Below are positions 19,866 to 30,611 of a stretch of DNA of 64,000 nucleotides, piece after piece. The stretch lies in the NCBI GenBank assembly GCA_965660445.1, contig CBFIAK010000001.1:608001-672000 (forward strand), in the 5' to 3' direction. The translations under genes were made by a program, and so were the position numbers. The notes under the pieces were generated by a model. It was given only the letters and a program-made list of their open reading frames with translations, was not told the DNA's origin and searched no databases. The DNA is from Patescibacteria group bacterium. GTDB lineage: Bacteria; Patescibacteriota; Gracilibacteria; UBA4473. Every line of letters starts with the position of its first letter. The stretch's first letter is position 1.

Positions 19866-20441
19866 ATGCAGACACTTGTAGATGAGTCTCTTGTCGATCA
19901 CATGCAGACAACAAGAGCATACGACCGTTTTGATGAGTTATATGAGCGCTATGTTCAGAATATTTATGGTTTTATAGCACGACAAGTGTGGGATACTCAA
20001 AACGCTGAAGATTTAACCAGTCAAACATTTATGAAAGCCTTAGAATCTATTGATCACTATGATTCTACGAAAAGTGCTTTTAAAACATGGCTCTTTCGTA
20101 TTGCACGAAATACAGTGTATGACTTTTTACGAACACATCATAATATGCATGATATTCATCAATACACTCAACATTTGATGTCTTGTAGTGATATTGAAAA
20201 AACAGTTCTGCAGCGTGAAGTGTTATCGCAAGTACAAACCATACTCAAAACATTGTCTCCACAAGCTCAAGAAATTGTCCGTCTTCGCGTATGGGAAGAT
20301 TTATCTTTTTCAGAGATTGCCCATATTATGGGAAAAACAGAAGAAAGTGTAAAAATGAGTTTTTCTCGGAGTATGCGTCAGCTAAAAAACAGAATGCCTG
20401 AATTTATGGCACTTTCTTACCTCTTAATTTCTACCGTATGA
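19866..20441 (+). CDS. ECF RNA polymerase sigma-70 factor
   Basis: AEDLTSQTFMKA, FKTWLFRIARN, LSFSEIAHIMGKTEESVK. Confidence 0.92.
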   Translation: MQTLVDESLVDHMQTTRAYDRFDELYERYVQNIYGFIARQVWDTQNAEDLTSQTFMKALESIDHYDSTKSAFKTWLFRIARNTVYDFLRTHHNMHDIHQYTQHLMSCSDIEKTVLQREVLSQVQTILKTLSPQAQEIVRLRVWEDLSFSEIAHIMGKTEESVKMSFSRSMRQLKNRMPEFMALSYLLISTV

Positions 20442-22012
20442 AACAACAATATAATGACATAATTCAGCAAATTATAGATGCTGATCCATCTCTTAAAGGG
20501 CATGAAGACGAATTACGTCGTATCATCCAAAAGATGAAAGATATACGACCTTCTCTTGTTCCTGATGAAGAGTTTATTGCTTATGCAAAAGCTGAACTTC
20601 AAAAAAAATCAGTTCAGAAATCAAATACTTCTCAGTTTTCTTTTTCTTATTTCTTATCTCTTTTTTCTATGAAACCTTTTCTCTATACCGTCTGTGGATT
20701 ACTACTCGGTGTCCTTATTATGCCACTGTGGCAGTATAATGAATCAGTCGATGATATATCGGTGGTAAAAGAATCACCAAACAAAACACAAAAAATAGTA
20801 CCAGATTCTCAATTAAAAAACGACGACGCAACAGAAGCCAGTGTGAATATTATTCCGGCTACGAACGATGAAGTTCTTGAGTTTGATGGTGAAAATGCGG
20901 TTGCTCATGAAACGCGTGCACAAAGTGGCGGTGGTTATGGAGGTGGGGGAATGGATGCGTCTATGAGCTCTCGAATGGTTATGCCTCCGAATCATGATAT
21001 AACTCAAAAATTTGATTTTGTATATGAGGGTGAAATACCAGCGATTGATGATGTGCAAATTGTACTTGAACGTATAAAAGATAATAGTCCAGAATTAGTG
21101 TCGTCGAATAATGGCATAGAATTTCCATTTATTTCTTTGAATGCCTTTGAAAACCTCGAAATTGAAAATATTAGTTATCAACAAAACAAAGAGTTTGGAT
21201 ACACGTTTTATTATAATACCCATGATAAAAGTGTGAATGTACAGAAGAACTGGAAACAATGGCCAAATGTTTATGCGGACTGTTTTACAGATGCGTGTCA
21301 TGAAAAACTTCGTCTTACAGAAGAAGATCTTCTTCCTAATAACGAAGCAATAGAGCTTGCTCAAAATTTCTTAGATTCTTTAGGTGTCGATATGTCGTCA
21401 TATGGTCAACCAGAAGTTGATAACCAATGGAGAATGCACCAACCACAGCCACTGACTTGGGTTCCTGATCAGATAAGCGTTGTGTATCCATTGCAAATAG
21501 AAGGGAAAGATGTGTATCAACAATGGCAAGGAAAATCAGGAATACGAGTTGATATTGATATTCGTCATAAAAAAGCAGCAAGTGCCTATCCTATTCGAGA
21601 CGAAAATTTTAAAGAAGTGCGATATGCAGGAGTTTCACAACGAGTATTTGAAGAAATGATTGAAAGTGGTGGGCTTGTTGGTGGCTTTCCTCAGCCACTT
21701 GATGAGGAAGATGAAAAAGAAAAACTGTATTTATCAGATCCGCAACTTGTTTTGATTGAAACATCCCATTACGATGATCGAACACAAGAAAGCAAACAAC
21801 TGTTTATTCCAGCGTTTCGGTTTACTGTGAAAGATTTACCCCAAGATTATGAAATACGAGGCAATGACGATGTTTTGATTCCGCTTGTTAAAGGATTTTC
21901 TTTGCATCGATCACCTATTGGTATCTATAAAAAAGGTGAAAATGAAAATGATGGAGTGCCAACAGAAAGACCAATGATAGAACCAGCATTGATGAATATG
22001 CAATCTGAGTAA
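20438..22012 (+). CDS. Single-TM protein with large extracytoplasmic domain, probable anti-sigma factor
   Basis: ATGA overlap with the ECF gene; N-terminal cytoplasmic part, TM, large C-terminal domain. Confidence 0.6.
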   Translation: MKQQYNDIIQQIIDADPSLKGHEDELRRIIQKMKDIRPSLVPDEEFIAYAKAELQKKSVQKSNTSQFSFSYFLSLFSMKPFLYTVCGLLLGVLIMPLWQYNESVDDISVVKESPNKTQKIVPDSQLKNDDATEASVNIIPATNDEVLEFDGENAVAHETRAQSGGGYGGGGMDASMSSRMVMPPNHDITQKFDFVYEGEIPAIDDVQIVLERIKDNSPELVSSNNGIEFPFISLNAFENLEIENISYQQNKEFGYTFYYNTHDKSVNVQKNWKQWPNVYADCFTDACHEKLRLTEEDLLPNNEAIELAQNFLDSLGVDMSSYGQPEVDNQWRMHQPQPLTWVPDQISVVYPLQIEGKDVYQQWQGKSGIRVDIDIRHKKAASAYPIRDENFKEVRYAGVSQRVFEEMIESGGLVGGFPQPLDEEDEKEKLYLSDPQLVLIETSHYDDRTQESKQLFIPAFRFTVKDLPQDYEIRGNDDVLIPLVKGFSLHRSPIGIYKKGENENDGVPTERPMIEPALMNMQSE

Positions 22013-22025
22013 ATATTAAAAAAAG

Positions 22026-22054
22026 AAAAAAAGGAGCTTCTGGCTCCTTTTTTT
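22026..22054. terminator. Bidirectional intrinsic terminator
   Basis: AAAAAAAGGAGC-TTCTG-GCTCCTTTTTTT. Confidence 0.8.
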
Positions 22055-23241
22055 TATTCACTTCGCAATGCGTCTACAGGATCGAGTCGACTCGCTTTGA
22101 GTGCTGGATAAAATCCAAAAAACAAACCGACAAAAAGAGAAAATAAAAACCCAATTAAAATACCAGTAAGAGAATAAGCAGCTCCAAATTGTTGTAACGC
22201 TTTTATGATTCCTTGTCCGAGGAGAATACCTATGACTCCACCAGTTACACACAACATAATTGCTTCGAGTAAGAACTGAGAAAGTATATCATATTGTCGA
22301 GCACCAATAGCTTTCATTATGCCAATTTCTTTTGTTCGTTCTGCAACGGTCACGAACATAACATTCATAATACCAATACCAGATACCAAAAGCACAATAG
22401 CAGCAACAGATGTGAGTACAAAAGACATTATTTGAGCGGCTTGTGTTGCAGAGGCTACAATTGATCCGGGATCAAATACTCGAAAATCATCTTCTTGGTT
22501 TTCTCTTAAACCATGAAGTTCTCGTAGAATCGAAGATACATCTTCTTCAGCAAGTTTAATTATATCAACATGACGAGCCAGAAAAGTAAGTCTTACCCGA
22601 GCATTTTGACCAAGTATGTTCTTTTCGGCTGTTGTATAGGGTGTATAAAGAGAGTCATCATATGATGTGCCAAAAGAATTCGCACCATTACTCTGTAAAA
22701 CACCAATAACCGTCATTTTTCGACCATTGAGAGTAACGGTTTGTCCAATACTTTGAAGGGGGGCTCGAAAAAGTGTTTCAGCTATATTAAAACCAAGCAC
22801 AACTGATTTTTCTCGCATAGATATATCTATCGGACTAAATAGTCGTCCAGATAATAATTCTAGATTTGCTAGATCAAAAAAGGATTCATCAACTCCCAAG
22901 AGCGATACAGATTCCGATTCACGAGAGTAAGCAACGGTTACGTTTCCTGATAGACTCGCAGATCCAGTGACAAGAAAAGGGGAGTTTTTAAGTACATTTT
23001 CGACATCGTCTATGCTGAGTCTTGATTCAATAGTGGTTCCTCTATTAGGAACAACAATAATAGAAGTAGCGCTTAAGTTTTTAAATTGTTCTGCAATTTG
23101 TTTTTGAGCACCAACTCCAATGCCGACAACGCCAATAACGGTAGAAACCCCTATAATAATACCCAGCATCGAGAGTAAACTTCTTACTTTATTAGCGGTT
23201 ATAGCACTCCATGCCATAGCGATCATTTCAAACGAAATCAT
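22054..23241 (-). CDS. MacB/FtsX-family ABC transporter permease
   Basis: RSLLSMLGIIIGV, GIGIMNVMFVTVAERTKEIGIMKAIGA, ASRLDPVDALRSE. Confidence 0.92.
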   Translation of the reverse strand: MISFEMIAMAWSAITANKVRSLLSMLGIIIGVSTVIGVVGIGVGAQKQIAEQFKNLSATSIIVVPNRGTTIESRLSIDDVENVLKNSPFLVTGSASLSGNVTVAYSRESESVSLLGVDESFFDLANLELLSGRLFSPIDISMREKSVVLGFNIAETLFRAPLQSIGQTVTLNGRKMTVIGVLQSNGANSFGTSYDDSLYTPYTTAEKNILGQNARVRLTFLARHVDIIKLAEEDVSSILRELHGLRENQEDDFRVFDPGSIVASATQAAQIMSFVLTSVAAIVLLVSGIGIMNVMFVTVAERTKEIGIMKAIGARQYDILSQFLLEAIMLCVTGGVIGILLGQGIIKALQQFGAAYSLTGILIGFLFSLFVGLFFGFYPALKASRLDPVDALRSE

Positions 23242-23954
23242 GATTGTAAGGATGAAGGAAGTGTGTAATTTTGGTTTTCTACTAAACCATCTTTCATAAA
23301 AATAATACGGTCAGCATATTGAGCAACATACGGATCATGAGTGACGACGATAATGGTTCTTCCTTCTTTTTGAAGTTCTAGAAAAAGAGCAAGTATTTCT
23401 TTTCCAGTCTGTGAATCAAGAGCTCCTGTTGGTTCGTCAGCTAAAAGTATTTCTGGATCATTCATAAGAGATCGAGCAATAGAAACTCGTTGTTGTTGTC
23501 CTCCAGAGAGTTCAGTTGGGCGATGATGTATTCGGTCTTCAAGTCCCATTCGAGAAAGAAGATCTTTTGCTTTCTTTTCTCGGTTTTGTTTTGATTGTTG
23601 TGCATAAAAACCAGGAAGTGCCACATTTTTGAGGGCCGATAGCTTTGAAATAAGATTAAATTGTTGAAATACAAACCCCATTTTTTGGTTTCGAATAAAA
23701 GACAATGTGTAGTCATCACGCACATGTCCAATATCTTCTCCGTTGAGTATGTATTCACCTGCAGATAAAGAATGGAGGCATCCAATAATATTCATGAGTG
23801 TTGATTTTCCACCTCCAGATTCTCCCATAATAGCCACAAATTCACCACGTTTTATTTCAGCGTTTACACCAAAAAGTACAGGGATCTCTTCTCCGTTTCC
23901 TAAAAAATAAGATTTTTGTACATTTTTCAGTTGTATAAGTGCTGTTTTATTCAT
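23238..23954 (-). CDS. ABC transporter ATP-binding protein (MacB/LolD type)
   Basis: GESGGGKST, LSGGQQQR, LLADEPTGALD, VTHD. Confidence 0.95.
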   Translation of the reverse strand: MNKTALIQLKNVQKSYFLGNGEEIPVLFGVNAEIKRGEFVAIMGESGGGKSTLMNIIGCLHSLSAGEYILNGEDIGHVRDDYTLSFIRNQKMGFVFQQFNLISKLSALKNVALPGFYAQQSKQNREKKAKDLLSRMGLEDRIHHRPTELSGGQQQRVSIARSLMNDPEILLADEPTGALDSQTGKEILALFLELQKEGRTIIVVTHDPYVAQYADRIIFMKDGLVENQNYTLPSSLQS

Positions 23955-23968
23955 AAATAAGGAAGAAA

Positions 23969-25891
23969 TTATCGTCTTCGAGTTCCACCAAAATTGAAAC
24001 CAGATCCTTCAGAATTTGATTCCTGATGATTTTTAATTTTTTCTCTCATTTCATCAGTGAAGTTTCCGTTTTGGATTTGTTGAATATCTTGATCAGAAAG
24101 CCCTGCTGATTTCATGTTTTCAATTCTTTGTGGAGAGAGCGTTTGTGGTTTTGTGTCTTGAAGTGTATTGGAATTTAATTGAGATTCAGAAACAGAATTA
24201 TTGAGTTCAAGAGGAAACGGATTTTTTATGCGATCATTTTCTTGAAGACCTTCAAGAACTTCTACATATTGCCCATCATCAACACCTGTTTTTATGTCTC
24301 TTATTTCACCATTTTCAAGTATGACTGTATTTTGTGCTGAAACTGATTCAATGGGAATCGTAAGTGTGTTTTCAGATTGTACTTCAATAAAATCAACATA
24401 GGCACTCATTCCTTCTCGAATTGGAGCATCATAATCTTCGGTTATTTTTATCCGTACCAAATACGTCACAATACCGTTGTTATCAATCTGAGCAATACTA
24501 GAAATAAAAGACACTTCGCCTTCTAGTGTTACATCAGCAATAGCATCAAGGGTTATGCGTACTGATTGTCCAAGGAATATTCGGGCAATATCAACTTCTT
24601 CAACAAAGACTTCTGTTGTAAAATTTGAAGCACTGATAATTTTTATAAAGGCATTATCGCTATTTGTTGTTTCTGCTTTTAAACTTTCTCCTTTGCTTCC
24701 ATTAACTTCAATAACAACTCCATCAATGGGGGATGTGAGGCGAGCAAGGCTCATATTGTATTCTGCTTTTTCAACTCTTAATTTTGCTTGCTCGAGTCGT
24801 GCATATTCAATAGAGAGTCCAGTTTCTTTTGAAATACGTCTTTCATTTGTTGTTTCTTCACTGTTTTGAAGCGCAATAAGAGCTGATTCGATATTTTTTT
24901 GTTCCTGAGAAATTATATTTTGCTGATTTAATTGTGCTGATTCAATAGATTGAATGTTTTGAGTAATGGTGTTCTGTAAGTTATTTATTGTTTGTAATGA
25001 GTTTTGTATATCATCTCGAGCGGTATTGATTTGAGGTTCTGATATTCGTGTATTTGAAACAGCAGTTTGAAAAAGATCGATCATAGACATTAAGAGTGTA
25101 TATGTTTGATCGAGCAATATTTGCGTATCAAGAATATGTTTACTCATCGTATGGTATTCAAGCATTGTGCTCGGTGTTACGCGTTTTGATATATCATTGC
25201 TATAACGAGTAATAGATTCATGCATTTGAATAATGAGACTTTCGGTTATAGAATCATGAAAAGCGATATTGCGAATTGTTTCTTCTGGGTAATGTCTTTT
25301 GATTCCCATGATTTGATCTATACGAACAAGAATATTGTTTACTTCAGAAATACTTTTTTGAAGTGTTGTTTGGGTCGTTTCAAATGCTTGATCTTGATTT
25401 TTTTGAGCTTCCTTTTGCGCGTTTTCTTTTTGTGTATATGCCTTTTCAAGATTCTGTTGCGTCGTTCTGATGTCAGTCTCAGTTACACCAGCTTTTTTTG
25501 CCTCAATAGTTGCTTGTGCTATAGCAACATCGTTTTTTGCAGACCGAAGATCAAAAAGAAGATCCTGAGTATCAAGCTGTGCTAAGAGTTGACCTTGTGT
25601 AACATTTTCGCCTTCTTGTACGAATATTTCATCAAGTGTCCCATTGATAAAAAAAGAAAGGTTGGCGATATCAGGATTGATGATATTTCCATCAGAGGAA
25701 ACAAAACGTTCAATTGTTTTTCTCTGAACGGTGTGTATTTCTGTATCTTGAGCTTTATCAATCGTTTCTTTTTTCTGAATGGTAATAAAGAGAAGAAAAA
25801 CAAAGATTATGATAAAAATTCCCCAAAGAAGAATCTTATTTCGTTTTTTAATCTTACTTTCTTTCAGAAGGGATTGTTTAGGCGTAGACAT
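23969..25891 (-). CDS. Efflux membrane-fusion/adaptor subunit (MacA/HlyD-like) with long coiled coil
   Basis: N-terminal TM; VQEGENVTQGQLLAQLD; LTSPIDGVV; EEVDIARI; GMSA. Confidence 0.88.
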   Translation of the reverse strand: MSTPKQSLLKESKIKKRNKILLWGIFIIIFVFLLFITIQKKETIDKAQDTEIHTVQRKTIERFVSSDGNIINPDIANLSFFINGTLDEIFVQEGENVTQGQLLAQLDTQDLLFDLRSAKNDVAIAQATIEAKKAGVTETDIRTTQQNLEKAYTQKENAQKEAQKNQDQAFETTQTTLQKSISEVNNILVRIDQIMGIKRHYPEETIRNIAFHDSITESLIIQMHESITRYSNDISKRVTPSTMLEYHTMSKHILDTQILLDQTYTLLMSMIDLFQTAVSNTRISEPQINTARDDIQNSLQTINNLQNTITQNIQSIESAQLNQQNIISQEQKNIESALIALQNSEETTNERRISKETGLSIEYARLEQAKLRVEKAEYNMSLARLTSPIDGVVIEVNGSKGESLKAETTNSDNAFIKIISASNFTTEVFVEEVDIARIFLGQSVRITLDAIADVTLEGEVSFISSIAQIDNNGIVTYLVRIKITEDYDAPIREGMSAYVDFIEVQSENTLTIPIESVSAQNTVILENGEIRDIKTGVDDGQYVEVLEGLQENDRIKNPFPLELNNSVSESQLNSNTLQDTKPQTLSPQRIENMKSAGLSDQDIQQIQNGNFTDEMREKIKNHQESNSEGSGFNFGGTRRR

Positions 25892-26050
25892 ATTTATTCT
25901 TTATATAAAAACAACATAAAACTATTAAAAATCAATAAAAGTGCAAGTTTTTTTGAGTATTTTTATAAGATGCAAGGGTGTGTATTTGTCTTTTTTTATT
26001 GACCGATTCATTATTTTGTGTAGAGTCTGGTTCTTATTAGTGATTTATTC

Positions 26051-27751
26051 ATGGTGGTATCGTTTCGTGATCTTGGGTTATCGGATGCAGTTTTAGAAGC
26101 TATTGCAGCAAAAGGGTTTGAAGAACCATCTCAAATACAAGAAAAAGCGATACCGCTTTTATTGTCTTCTTCGTCTGACGTAATAGTGCAAGCCCAAACA
26201 GGGACAGGGAAAACAGCGACCTTTGGTTTGGTTTTTACTCAAACACTTACTCCACAACAGAAAAAAACACCACAAGCTTTGGTTTTATCTCCCACAAGAG
26301 AACTCGCCATTCAAATTGCCGAAGAATTGAATTCTTTAAAAGGGCAAAAGAATTTTAAAATTGTTCCTATTTATGGAGGGCAGTCATGGGGTATGCAACG
26401 AGATCATTTGCGTTCGGGTGTTGATATTGTTGTAGGAACTCCAGGGCGTATTATTGATCATTTAGAGCGAGGAACTTTAAATATTGAATCACTTGAGTAT
26501 TTTGTACTTGATGAAGCAGATGAGATGCTTAATATGGGGTTTATTGAGGATGTAGAAAAGATTTTAGAAAAAATAAAAGAACGAAAAAAGATGTTATTGT
26601 TTTCGGCAACAATGCCAAAAAAGATACATGATTTGGCAAAAAAATATATGAGAGAACCGGAACTAATTCAAACCAAATCTAATCAAGCAACGAGTGTTGC
26701 TGTTGATCAGATTTATTTTGAAGTGCAAAGGCGAGACCGGTTTGAGGCCCTTTGTCGTATTATTGACATGGAAGAAGGGTTTTATGGTATTATTTTTTGT
26801 CGAACCAAAATAGAAAGTGATGAAGTTGCGAAACATTTAAATGACAGAGGGTATCGAGCAGAAGCATTTCATGGTGATATAACTCAAGAGCGACGAGAAC
26901 AAATACTCAAGAACTTTAAAAATAAGGGAACAGAAGTGCTTGTTGCTACTGATGTTGCAGCTCGTGGTATCGATGTAAAAGATTTAACCCATGTGATTAA
27001 TTACGCACTTCCACAAAACTCAGAAAGTTATGTACACCGTATTGGGCGAACTGGTCGTGCAGGAAAAAAAGGAAAAGCCATCACCCTTATTACTCCTGAT
27101 GAATACCGAAAAATGAGAATGTTTGGTCAACGAACAAACACGGACATTCAAAAACAGTATATTCCAACGGGAGAACATATGGTGGAGCTTAAACAAAAGA
27201 AAATATTACAAGAATTACAGTCAATTTTAGATACGTCTAAAGGGCTTGGAAAATATGACTCTATAGTGGAAACACTGACAGAGAAACATAACGTAAAAAA
27301 CGTATTGGGGGCTTTGTTGCATTTTAGTTTCTCTAAAATACTCGATATTGATTCGTATACGCATATCAATCAAATAAAAAAAGGTGCACCTGATAAACCT
27401 TTCTCTGAGAATCGAGAAAGATCATTTCATGAAAGCAATAGTTTTTCTCCTCGTACAAAAGGGGATAGTTATGGAAAAGCCCGTCTTTTTCTGACTACTG
27501 GACGAAACGATAAAGCAACACCCGCAAAAATATTACAGATGATTGAGAAAGATTTTGGAGTTTCTCATGAATACGTTGGTGAAATTGATATTATGCAAGA
27601 GTATTCGTTTATTACTGTTCCACTTGCACAAGCAGAAATAATTTTAGATGCATTTTACGCACTTAAAAAGAAAAAAAGACCATCGGTTCGTATTGAACGA
27701 GCTTCTGACACTAAAAAAAGTCCACGAAAAAAGAAACGTTCGTCAAAATAA
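26051..27751 (+). CDS. deaD: DEAD-box RNA helicase (DeaD/CsdA type with DbpA-like C-terminal domain)
   Basis: AQTGTGKT, PTRELA, LDEADEM, SAT, YVHRIGRTGRAG. Confidence 0.9.
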   Translation: MVVSFRDLGLSDAVLEAIAAKGFEEPSQIQEKAIPLLLSSSSDVIVQAQTGTGKTATFGLVFTQTLTPQQKKTPQALVLSPTRELAIQIAEELNSLKGQKNFKIVPIYGGQSWGMQRDHLRSGVDIVVGTPGRIIDHLERGTLNIESLEYFVLDEADEMLNMGFIEDVEKILEKIKERKKMLLFSATMPKKIHDLAKKYMREPELIQTKSNQATSVAVDQIYFEVQRRDRFEALCRIIDMEEGFYGIIFCRTKIESDEVAKHLNDRGYRAEAFHGDITQERREQILKNFKNKGTEVLVATDVAARGIDVKDLTHVINYALPQNSESYVHRIGRTGRAGKKGKAITLITPDEYRKMRMFGQRTNTDIQKQYIPTGEHMVELKQKKILQELQSILDTSKGLGKYDSIVETLTEKHNVKNVLGALLHFSFSKILDIDSYTHINQIKKGAPDKPFSENRERSFHESNSFSPRTKGDSYGKARLFLTTGRNDKATPAKILQMIEKDFGVSHEYVGEIDIMQEYSFITVPLAQAEIILDAFYALKKKKRPSVRIERASDTKKSPRKKKRSSK

Positions 27752-27797
27752 AGAAAAAGTGTTACGCTGATTTATATTTATAATCAATAATATTTCT

Positions 27798-28697
27798 ATG
27801 CAATATATAGTACTTGTTTTCATTTTTAGTTTTTTCATTGTTGGATGTGCATCAAATGAGACACAGGAACTTTCTTCTAATACATCATTACATGAATCAC
27901 ATGAAAATATGGATCATTTAGGGTGTAGTGAAGAAGAAGTTGTGAATGATGCGTGTACTCGTCCTCAAGAAGGAAACGCGAATATTGATTTGTTTGATAC
28001 ACTCTCGTCTGTAGATGTTGATGTTGTGAGAGCTGAGTATATGGAAGGAGTCTATGGTTTTTTGGCTCAACCGAAAGAAGAAGGGGTTTACCCAGCAGTA
28101 GTTTTGATTCATGAATGGTGGGGACTAAACGAAAATATTGAAGACATGGCTCGATTACTCGCTCATGAAGGATATGTTGTTTTGGCGGTTGATATTTACG
28201 AAGGCAGTATTGCTGAAACTTCAGACGAAGCACGAGTTTTAGCAACTCAAGCACGAGAAAATCCAGATCGAGCTATTGAAAATATGGAAAATGCAGTATC
28301 GTATCTGCAATCACTTCCGTTTGTTCAATCTGATAAAATTGCATCTATGGGGTGGTGTTTTGGAGGTCAGCAATCATTAAGTCTTGCTTTAGCAAGTGAA
28401 AACTTATCAGGGACTGTTATTTATTATGGAAACGTGCTTGATGACACCGAAAAACTAAAAAATATTCAATGGCCAGTGCTTGGTATTTTTGGAGCAGAAG
28501 ATACAGGAATCCCTGTAGAAAGTGTTGAATCTTTTTCATCAGCATTATCGGCATTAGAAATACCAAACGAGATTCATATTTATCCAAACGTTGGACATGC
28601 GTTCGCAAACCCATCAGGGGCACGTTATGCACCACAAGAAACATTAGATGCATGGGAAAAAACGTTGCAGTTTTTTGAATCGACACTAAAAAACTAA
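27798..28697 (+). CDS. Dienelactone hydrolase family lipoprotein
   Basis: IHEWWGLN, GWCFGG, HAFANP. Confidence 0.9.
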   Translation: MQYIVLVFIFSFFIVGCASNETQELSSNTSLHESHENMDHLGCSEEEVVNDACTRPQEGNANIDLFDTLSSVDVDVVRAEYMEGVYGFLAQPKEEGVYPAVVLIHEWWGLNENIEDMARLLAHEGYVVLAVDIYEGSIAETSDEARVLATQARENPDRAIENMENAVSYLQSLPFVQSDKIASMGWCFGGQQSLSLALASENLSGTVIYYGNVLDDTEKLKNIQWPVLGIFGAEDTGIPVESVESFSSALSALEIPNEIHIYPNVGHAFANPSGARYAPQETLDAWEKTLQFFESTLKN

Positions 28698-29794
28698 AGA
28701 TTTTTGAGGTGTTTATCGAAAAAGATTCGTGTGTTTTCAATGGCAGTATCCCAGTATTGGTTCCAAAACACATGTGGTGCTGATTCGTATTCAAAATATT
28801 CAAAGTCTTTATTGAGAGATTCAAGTATAGAAACCGTTTCTTGAGACCATTCTATTGGTACGTCTTCATCAAGTGTACCATGATGAAGAGAGATTGGTGT
28901 TTTTATACGTTCAAAATAGTTTTGAGAAGAAAGAGCTTTAAATGAAAGTGGATCATCTAGAGATCCAAAATGGGTTTCAAAAATTTCTTGGTTTTGGGAA
29001 TCAAAATTGTTTCGTGTCCATTGTTCAAAGTTTTTTTGATAATCGCCACTTACAGATCCCCAAATAACAGCTGCTTGTACAAGATCTGGTTGGGCTGTAA
29101 TGGCATTAAGAGCTACTCCACCACCCATTGAATGACCAAAGAAGCCAATGCGACTGGTGTCTATTTGGGGGAGGTTTGCTTCTTTAAGAGCATAAACAGC
29201 GTTTATAGCATCAGCAGAGTATCCGAGGTATCCAAGGCGACGTCCGCCGAGGGCTTCGGGGTCTTTATCTGATAAAGCATATCCACGATAGTCTATATGA
29301 AAAGCCACGTATCCATTTTGAGCGAAATATTTTTGTTCTCGTCCAAATCCATAGCCATTCGTATAGGTTTCAGGAGGAAAGTATCCGTGATTTAAGATAA
29401 GAAGTGGGTATTTACCTTTTCCTTTTGGAATATGAATTGTACCAGAAATAGTAAGTTTATTACTGGTATAGGTAGCAAAAAAACTTTCATGAGTTTCAAA
29501 ATCTTCAAGTTTTTTTCCGAGCGTAAAATTCGAACCTTCGAATTTTTGTTTCATAAATGAATGAAACGAAAGAGGGGAGTCTTCTCCACGAAACCGAGGT
29601 TTGAATGTTTCGTCAGGAGTTTGAATTTTCGTTGCTTCAATGGCTAGTGTTTCTTTGGGAGGTGTTTCCGTTTTTATTTCTTGAGAAGTAGGAACCGGTT
29701 TATCTGTATTTGTATTATCTGTTGGTTGATGAGAGATTGTTTGATTGCATCCAAAAAAGGAAAGAGAAACGAGAACAAAAAGTATATATTTCAT
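28694..29794 (-). CDS. Alpha/beta hydrolase (S9 peptidase-like) lipoprotein
   Basis: LNHGY, DYRGY, GHSMGG, HHGTLDEDVP. Confidence 0.85.
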   Translation of the reverse strand: MKYILFVLVSLSFFGCNQTISHQPTDNTNTDKPVPTSQEIKTETPPKETLAIEATKIQTPDETFKPRFRGEDSPLSFHSFMKQKFEGSNFTLGKKLEDFETHESFFATYTSNKLTISGTIHIPKGKGKYPLLILNHGYFPPETYTNGYGFGREQKYFAQNGYVAFHIDYRGYALSDKDPEALGGRRLGYLGYSADAINAVYALKEANLPQIDTSRIGFFGHSMGGGVALNAITAQPDLVQAAVIWGSVSGDYQKNFEQWTRNNFDSQNQEIFETHFGSLDDPLSFKALSSQNYFERIKTPISLHHGTLDEDVPIEWSQETVSILESLNKDFEYFEYESAPHVFWNQYWDTAIENTRIFFDKHLKNL

Positions 29795-29858
29795 AACAGG
29801 AGTATAAGCGCTTCAGATGTGTTTGAAAAGAAAATAAAACAGACTAGTATAACTATGA

Positions 29859-30563
29859 ATGACAACATGGTCTGATATACTCGCAGAAGAAAAAAAGAAA
29901 CCTTATTTTTTATCAGCGTATAGGTTTCAGAAAAAAGAACGAGCAAAAGGGGTATCAGTTTTTCCTTTAGAACCAGATATTTTTCGAGCGTTTGAATATT
30001 GTGCTTTTGAGGATTTAAAGGTTGTGCTGTTAGGGCAAGACCCGTATCATTCTTTATCAAAAGTAGGAACCGATCTTATCCCAACAGCACATGGGCTCTG
30101 TTTTTCGGTGGTTCGTGGGGCAAAGGTGCCTCCGAGTCTGGGAAATATATATAAACAAATTCAAGGTGAATATGGAGAGAATGTGTTTTCGATTCCATCA
30201 CATGGTGATCTTTCTTCTTGGGCTCGCCAAGGAGTGTTACTGTTAAATACCACATTAACGGTGCAAGCACACAAACCTATGAGTCATGTTGGAAAAGGGT
30301 GGGAACTATTTACCGATAGTGTGATTCGAAAAATATCGGAACAAAAAGAAAACGTTGTTTTTTTGTTATGGGGACGACATGCCCAAGAAAAAAGAAACCT
30401 TATTGATGAAACAAAGCATATAATATTTTCTTCGGCTCATCCGTCACCTTTCAGTGCGCATAAAGGGTTTTTGGGGAATGGACATTTTTCACAGACGAAT
30501 AAGTTTTTAGTGTCTTGTGGAAAAGATCCTATTGATTGGGCGAGTGTGTGTGAAAACGAATAG
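29859..30563 (+). CDS. ung: Uracil-DNA glycosylase family 1
   Basis: GQDPYH, GVLLLN, HPSPFS. Confidence 0.95.
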   Translation: MTTWSDILAEEKKKPYFLSAYRFQKKERAKGVSVFPLEPDIFRAFEYCAFEDLKVVLLGQDPYHSLSKVGTDLIPTAHGLCFSVVRGAKVPPSLGNIYKQIQGEYGENVFSIPSHGDLSSWARQGVLLLNTTLTVQAHKPMSHVGKGWELFTDSVIRKISEQKENVVFLLWGRHAQEKRNLIDETKHIIFSSAHPSPFSAHKGFLGNGHFSQTNKFLVSCGKDPIDWASVCENE

Positions 30564-30569
30564 TTTTAA

Positions 30570-30597
30570 AAAAAGTCCCGATAAATCGGGACTTTTT
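30570..30597. terminator. Bidirectional intrinsic terminator
   Basis: AAAAAGTCCCGAT-AA-ATCGGGACTTTTT. Confidence 0.8.
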
Positions 30598-30611
30598 GAG
30601 AGATTGTTTTT

